Assembly (NCBI RefSeq): GCF_006345805.1
Contig: NC_043011.1
Span: 63,624,464-63,688,463, forward strand
Source of the DNA: Octopus sinensis
Taxonomy: Eukaryota
DNA length: 64,000 bases
Reading direction: 5' to 3'
Part shown: positions 52,920-64,000 of the stretch, in pieces
Layout: each line of letters starts with the position of its first letter
Numbering within the stretch: position 1 is the stretch's first letter
Made by a program: the position numbers and the translations under genes
Notes under the pieces: generated by a model
Told to the model about the DNA's origin: nothing
Database searches by the model: none
The model's input: only the letters and a program-made list of their open reading frames with translations

Positions 52920-54165
52920 GAGGAGCAAAGAAAGAAATACGATGGACGAGTTAGATAAATACTGGAAATAGAGATCAAAACACTGCCGCTCTAGTTATAA
53001 GTTACAGCTACAATTTTCTTAATTGGACTCTTATTGAACAAACGAATCTAGACAGGAAAACAGGAAAAATAATGACAGAATTTAGGATGCATCACCCTAA
53101 TTCTGACATAGAATGGTTATATACACAATGAATTAAAGGTGATTTAGGCCTTATGCAAATAGAAAAGTATTCTAAACTAACCTCTTTAGAACCACAGAAA
53201 TACCTAATTCAGAAGGAAGGGTAACTGTTACAAATATACACAAAACACGACCAAAACAATAAACCGGGTTTTGTCTTTGCGGAAGCTGAAAAATAGAAGA
53301 AGGAAACCTCTGTGACTCGTAACCATTGAAGAAAAAGAGGTAGCAATAAAAGCCGTTAGACAATTGACATCTAAAGTTAAACTGGAACAAAAATGTATCA
53401 TGAAAAATCGATGGCAAAAATGGCCCTTACTTGGCAATTATTTCGATATACTTACTAAACAGAAAATAAATCGACTAAAAAAGATCGCAATAGCGTCTGA
53501 GAAGCTCAGGAGTCAAAGCAGGGACTGAACGATTTTTAATTGCAGCCCCGGATCAAATCCTCCCCACCAGAAATCACCAGAAAAACACAATAAAAATAAA
53601 TACAAATGACAGCAAAATATGTGGTGATGTTGAAGAAACAATAAATCATAATGTATATGGCTGTCCAGGCACACAACATAGGACGTCTAAGAAAATTACT
53701 AAGCAACCATACTCTGGGATATGCTATAGGTACTGATAGAGAAATTAAGTCTATACCGAATATAGTTATCATAGATCACAAGAAGGTAAATGGCTACTGA
53801 TCGAAGTACCAATACAATCAGGCGTCGCTGTGTCTCTAAAAGGAACGGAGAAACTCCCCAATAATCTAGAATGGAGGTAATCCGAATGTGGATTCAAAAA
53901 ACAGTAACATTCCCTATAGAATTATGTGAATTAAGTGTGATTAAAAAATAAAACTCTCAGCAAATACATAACTAAAACACCGAGACTTACGAATGTATAT
54001 AAAATAGATAAAATAGCAGTACAAGACACCACACACATTCTACGTAAAACTCTTTCAATACAGAAAAACTAAGAACACCACAAGTCATAGCACATACTCT
54101 AAGTATGTAAAGCTGCGCTCGGTAGCACAGTTAAAGCACCTGAAAACTACTGAATAATAATAATA
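52920..54165 (+). mobile_element. Decayed 5'-truncated R4/Dong-like copy
   Basis: Similar to the 43.6-45 kb element (RMHHPNSDIE, LRSSGVKAGTE, 3' gctgcgctcggtag..aactactgaataat). Confidence 0.75.
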
Positions 54166-54736
54166 CTGAAATAGTAATTAGAGCACGTATACTTGCAGCG
54201 GTTCACGTCAGGTTTACGTACAGGATACACTCTATAGGCTGTAAGGCATAAGGCTTCACTCATTTCTACGCAATAATCTTTTGCCGAAACACCTATAAAA
54301 ATAACATTTCCATTTAGTGAAACAATTGTTTAAACGGATTCAATGAATTTCAAGGAATTCCTCGTGCTTTATGTTATTTAATCCTTTTATGACCACACGT
54401 TAATCACTTGATATTGCTGGGTGCTTCACTTAGAATTTTGTCTGTAAATATTTATATAGATACATACATATATAATATATATGGCGGCGAGCTGGCAGAA
54501 ACGTTAGCGCGCCGGGCGAAATGCTTAGCGGTATTTCGTTTGTCGTTACGTTCTGAGTTCAAATTTCGCCGAGGTCGACTTTGACTTTCATCCTTTCGGT
54601 GTCGATAAATAAAGTACCAGTTTCGCACTGGGGTCGATATAATAGACTCAATCCGTTTGTCTGTTCTTGTTTGTCCCCTCCATGTTTAGCCCCTTGTGGG
54701 TAATAAAGAAACACACACACACACATATATATATAT

Positions 54737-55455
54737 AAATATATTTTTATAAATAAGGATAATATCGATATTTAAATATCAGCAAAATTTAGGAGCGCCC
54801 ATAATAGGCCGTTCAACCCACTAGAAATAGCAGCCAAGGCTTCAACCGCAAAACAATATTAATTCCGTAAACCAGGAGAAAAATTAAGGCCTATTATGGC
54901 CGCTCCTAAATTTTGCTGTTGAATTTATTAATGGTCTCTGACTATTTACTTTTTCCCACTAGGCCGCTGGTGGCAAATAATTTCTGCTGAATTCTTTTGC
55001 CACCCTATATTAATTAATTGATATTTAAATATCGATATTATCAAGTGGCCAGCATGGGAAAAATACCATACAAAGGCATGGTGGTGTCTCTCAGACACCC
55101 TTATTTTTAGTTGTAAAAAAATTATTACCTTTGTATGGTATTTTTCCCATGCTGGTCACTTGATAATATCGGTATTTAAATATCGATATTATCCTTATTT
55201 ATAAATTTATATAATTCGTCATTGTATTCACTGCGGTGTTTACTTTGGCCATATCGTGCGTATGGGGTATTTTGGCGGGCAATTTAACTGGCCTTGTACA
55301 TACGTGCATATATATGTATGCATGGACGTTCGTATATGTAAGTATAACGTTTGTTCTGCATATATTTATTTGTATTTATGTGCTTATCTGATATATTCAA
55401 CTGACGAGGCAAAGCTTATTTAAAGCAAAGCTAGAAATCCAGGAATTGAATTATT
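54737..55455. mobile_element. Nested foldback Penelope-related element with decayed hammerhead (55395-55451)
   Basis: Inverted pairs 54780-54810/54888-54918, 55020-55076/55128-55184 and 54737-54780/55170-55207. Plus strand attcaa-CTGACGA-ggc..gct-a-GAAA-tccagga-a-ttgaat. Confidence 0.65.
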
Positions 55456-55724
55456 CAGACACCTCTATTTTTAGTTTTATATATATATATATATATATAT
55501 ATAAGTAAACATATGTCGAAAGTAAAAGAATTTTAATAACATCTTCGTTCAACTCCATTTATTTACTTATAATACACAAATTACTGCACATTAACTCGGA
55601 GTTTCTACATTTGAATAGGTCGCTTCATCCGTGTTTCTTGCGTGAATTTTGCTACCCTGGTAATTGTTTATTGAATGTTCCATGTTAACGGTAAACAAAG
55701 GATAATTCATTCACCCATTTATAG

Positions 55725-55810
<86 letters not shown>

Positions 55811-55826
55811 TATATATCATATATAT

Positions 55827-55903
<77 letters not shown>

Positions 55904-56023
55904 GAGACTTTTTAATTTTTCCAACCCTTACACTAATACACCTGTTTGTTGTTTCTTCATTTGTCTTCGTCTTCTGTTTTCTGTATGTGTGCGTGCGTAT
56001 CTTTTTGTATTTGTGTGCATGTG

Positions 56024-56145
<122 letters not shown>

Positions 56146-56166
56146 ATTAAATAAGTAACAGGATTC

Positions 56167-56513
56167 CAGGTATTAATGCATTACAGCCGTTTCAAGCGAA
56201 TTTATCGTCCGTTTGATCGAACAAAGCAAACGTTACATCGGTTTCAATACAATGTCATCTTCCTTTGCGAAAAATATGGATTTTCAAACAACAAGATACA
56301 TTAATATAATGATTTTTGCAATAGTGGCAACATGGATGTTTTTCCTCCTCTACCTGTGATGAAATATTTGAGAAAAATTACATTAATATATCTTGTCTGT
56401 TGAAAGTCCATATATTTTGGAACTGAATATGTTACTGTATTTAGATAGATGTAATGAATGCTTTGTTCGATTACATGGAGCCGCCTGAAACGGTCGTGTT
56501 GCATTAGTACCTG
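56167..56513. mobile_element. MITE-like foldback element
   Basis: TIR-like ends caggtattaatgcattacagccgtttcaagcg / cgcctgaaacggtcgtgttgcattagtacctg plus an internal inverted segment. Confidence 0.7.
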
Positions 56514-57339
56514 ACGTCATATTACTTATGCGATTTTATTCACCTTCGACTGTGCGGATAGTACCGGAGTGAATAGGTGCTTCAAAAAGTACCTAATTCA
56601 AGTGAATCTTAATTATTCTGATATACATATATATGTGTGTGTATATGTATGTACGTATGTATGTATGCATGTATGTATGTATGTATGTATGTATGTACCT
56701 ATGTAGGTAGAGAGTGGGCGATACAGGGAGATAGGACCAAAGAATGACAAGAGAATATAGCTTTCACCAAATGGCGGATACATATTTATCACAAGAAATA
56801 TGAATATGAATTTTATAGATATAGACAATACTTAACAGATAGCAGCCTACCTGCAATGATAGTAGATATTAATATAAGAACTTTCATCGTGGATATTACT
56901 GTTGATCCGAACGTCTAGTCTTGTAATTTCTTTCACATTAAAGCTTACCTTACATTTTCTGGCCAAAGTGACAGATGTTTTCACCTAAACAAAATCAATT
57001 TTTTTTATGATATGATATTTTATGTTGTTGTATTAATGTGGCATTTTAACGACACAGATCACAAATTGCAATGGTTTAGGTAGATCTGTAGACTTAAATA
57101 AGCTACTCCACTAGACTATTCTGTCTTACAAATAAACTTTCTTTTACTTAATTCAGTCACTAGTTTGCGACCTTGCTGGGGCATCACTTTTAAGACATTT
57201 TAGTCGAATAAATCGATTCAGTACCTTTATGTTTTATGCCAGGTATTTCTATCGGGTTTTCTTGCCGCACGGTCATCCCTGCCCTATACGCACAGGAACT
57301 GTGAAAATAAATATATGAATAAATATATAAAGCTCGATT

Positions 57340-57835
57340 CGAAGATGAACACTGTGTGGGCTAAGAGACTGCAAATCGATGAAATGATGAGATTGTAAAG
57401 CCATCATGGGATTAGATTGCAAAGAACTGGATCAGATTGAAAAGTAGAAGCTATGCAGTTCTCAATCGTTTGTGGGTAATAAAAAATGTAACACTGATAC
57501 CAGTTGTTGTAGGGACATTGGCAATGTTGAGGAAAAGGTTTGAGAGACTTTTTAGACATTGAGGTTCGTACTTCGATTTTCAGGATTTTGGAAAAATGTC
57601 CAATGAGACCTGTGAGAAAAAGGAATTTTCTGCTCTTATAAATGTAACCAGATCTAGTGAAATCCAGAGGTCGAGATGTGGAATGAGATGTCTATTCTTA
57701 TTGATAAATGGCAAGAAAAACATCTCAATGGCAAATACCCAAAAGAGAGCGAATAATGCCGATGTTGACAAACACTTACCCATCAATGGCTTAAAATCTG
57801 AAACAGAAGGGTTTATCATATTTACAGTATTCACT
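57340..57835 (+). mobile_element. Scrambled R4/Dong-like fragments
   Basis: IPVVVGTLAML and KRANNADVD..LKSETEGFII motifs, in non-native order. Confidence 0.5.
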
Positions 57836-58098
57836 CTTAATGCAACATGGATACTTCAGTATCTCAACGTTCATGACATCGGTCTTTTTCTACTTCAATT
57901 TTCACATGGATTCTCTTAAGAATTACACACAGTTGATGACGGCATGGCCAAAGTGGAAAGTGGCTGTCTTCAGCCCTTTCAGGTGTGTCCAGTACAAATA
58001 TTTCGATAAAGCCACCATACATATGAATGCCGCATGTCCCTCCCGGCATATACCAATTAGTCCAAAATATTAAACATATATATATATATATATGTGTA

Positions 58099-58129
<31 letters not shown>

Positions 58130-58485
58130 ATGTATATATATATATATGCATATGTATATACACATATATATACACATATATATATATATATATGTATACA
58201 CATATCTATATCTCTATATATATATATGTGTGTGTGTGTGTGTACATACATATATGTGTGCATGTGTGTGTGCGTGATTGTGTAAGTATGCATGTATTTG
58301 TGTAGCGTAATTTGGACGTTAGACCTTCTCAAACGGGTCTGTAGATAGCAGATGATCCGTCCCTGGGTAGAGGTACATAGTAGTGCATTGTGTGGATTAT
58401 TCTCAGGAATTGACGAGAAAATAGTGTCTCAAGTGAGGTTAGACTTGGAGGTAGATTATTCTGTGTTATTGACATTATCATTACA

Positions 58486-63310
<4,825 letters not shown>

Positions 63311-63758
63311 TATTATTATTTATCCTGTCCGAAAAAGTGGTGGAAGTCGTGGTAGTAGTATTCTGGTTAGTGTTAATGGGACTGGTTGTGGTCTAAATTA
63401 GGAGGTTGATATTGGGGTTATGTACATATTGGGTGCTCCTGTATTCACACTTTCCATTTGTAATGACAAAACATTAACCCCTAACGGTATTCAACTACCA
63501 TGGAGAAGAATCAGTTCTACCATTTTTACTGTGACCAGCTACATACATTTATATTTTTATTTTATTATTTCCATTCTTTTCCAAAATAACACCTTATATT
63601 AAACTCTAATATTTTCCTCTATTTGACCATATTACACCCTCTTTAATGAAGGGATATGCCTAACGTCCCAGAAACACCTCTAAGACTAACCTTCTCATTA
63701 TAAATGTCCTGAAAATTTTCTACACTGCCGGGGTTTTGTTGTCTCCTTATATTTAACA

Positions 63759-63832
<74 letters not shown>

Positions 63833-64000
63833 TGTATGTATATATGTATGTATGTATATGTATATAAATTAGAGAAGAACCACCATGTAGCAATTAAAAT
63901 AATTAAATCATAACAAATAGTAAAAATTTAAATATACGATAAAAAATTTACCTAGAACTAAATAAAGTAAAAAATAATAAATAAATGGTATATGATTAGT

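Noticed and set aside
56949-56984. 36-nt micro-exon containing ARKC like paralog C
   Set aside because: The phase-1 frame has a stop, similarity is short, and no partner signal exon was found.

Overview
AT-rich eukaryotic, repeat-dominated window with no CRISPR, rRNA or true tRNA genes. It is most likely octopus (coleoid cephalopod) DNA, inferred from the tRNA-derived SINE families and the dense (AT)n/(TAA)n microsatellites. Most ORFs in the supplied track are microsatellite or antisense artefacts. Mobile elements: a full-length decayed mariner, a Tc1 remnant, RTE- and CR1-like LINE pieces, a Gypsy gag relic, several R4/Dong-like LINEs sitting in (TAA)n tracts, and a very young Penelope-like element with an open RT + GIY-YIG frame and 1.7-kb inverted arms. 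Two signals are not in the ORF track. (1) About a dozen type I hammerhead ribozyme motifs, including three canonical ones clustered on the minus strand at 5.2-6.6 kb; one of these lies in a ~490-nt terminally redundant, retrozyme-like unit. Many occur in foldback (inverted) structures. (2) A dispersed cluster of at least six paralogous two-exon genes (37-nt signal-peptide exon plus a phase-1 Cys-rich exon, possibly LU/three-finger-like), and every copy appears disabled. All calls were made by eye; no searches were run.
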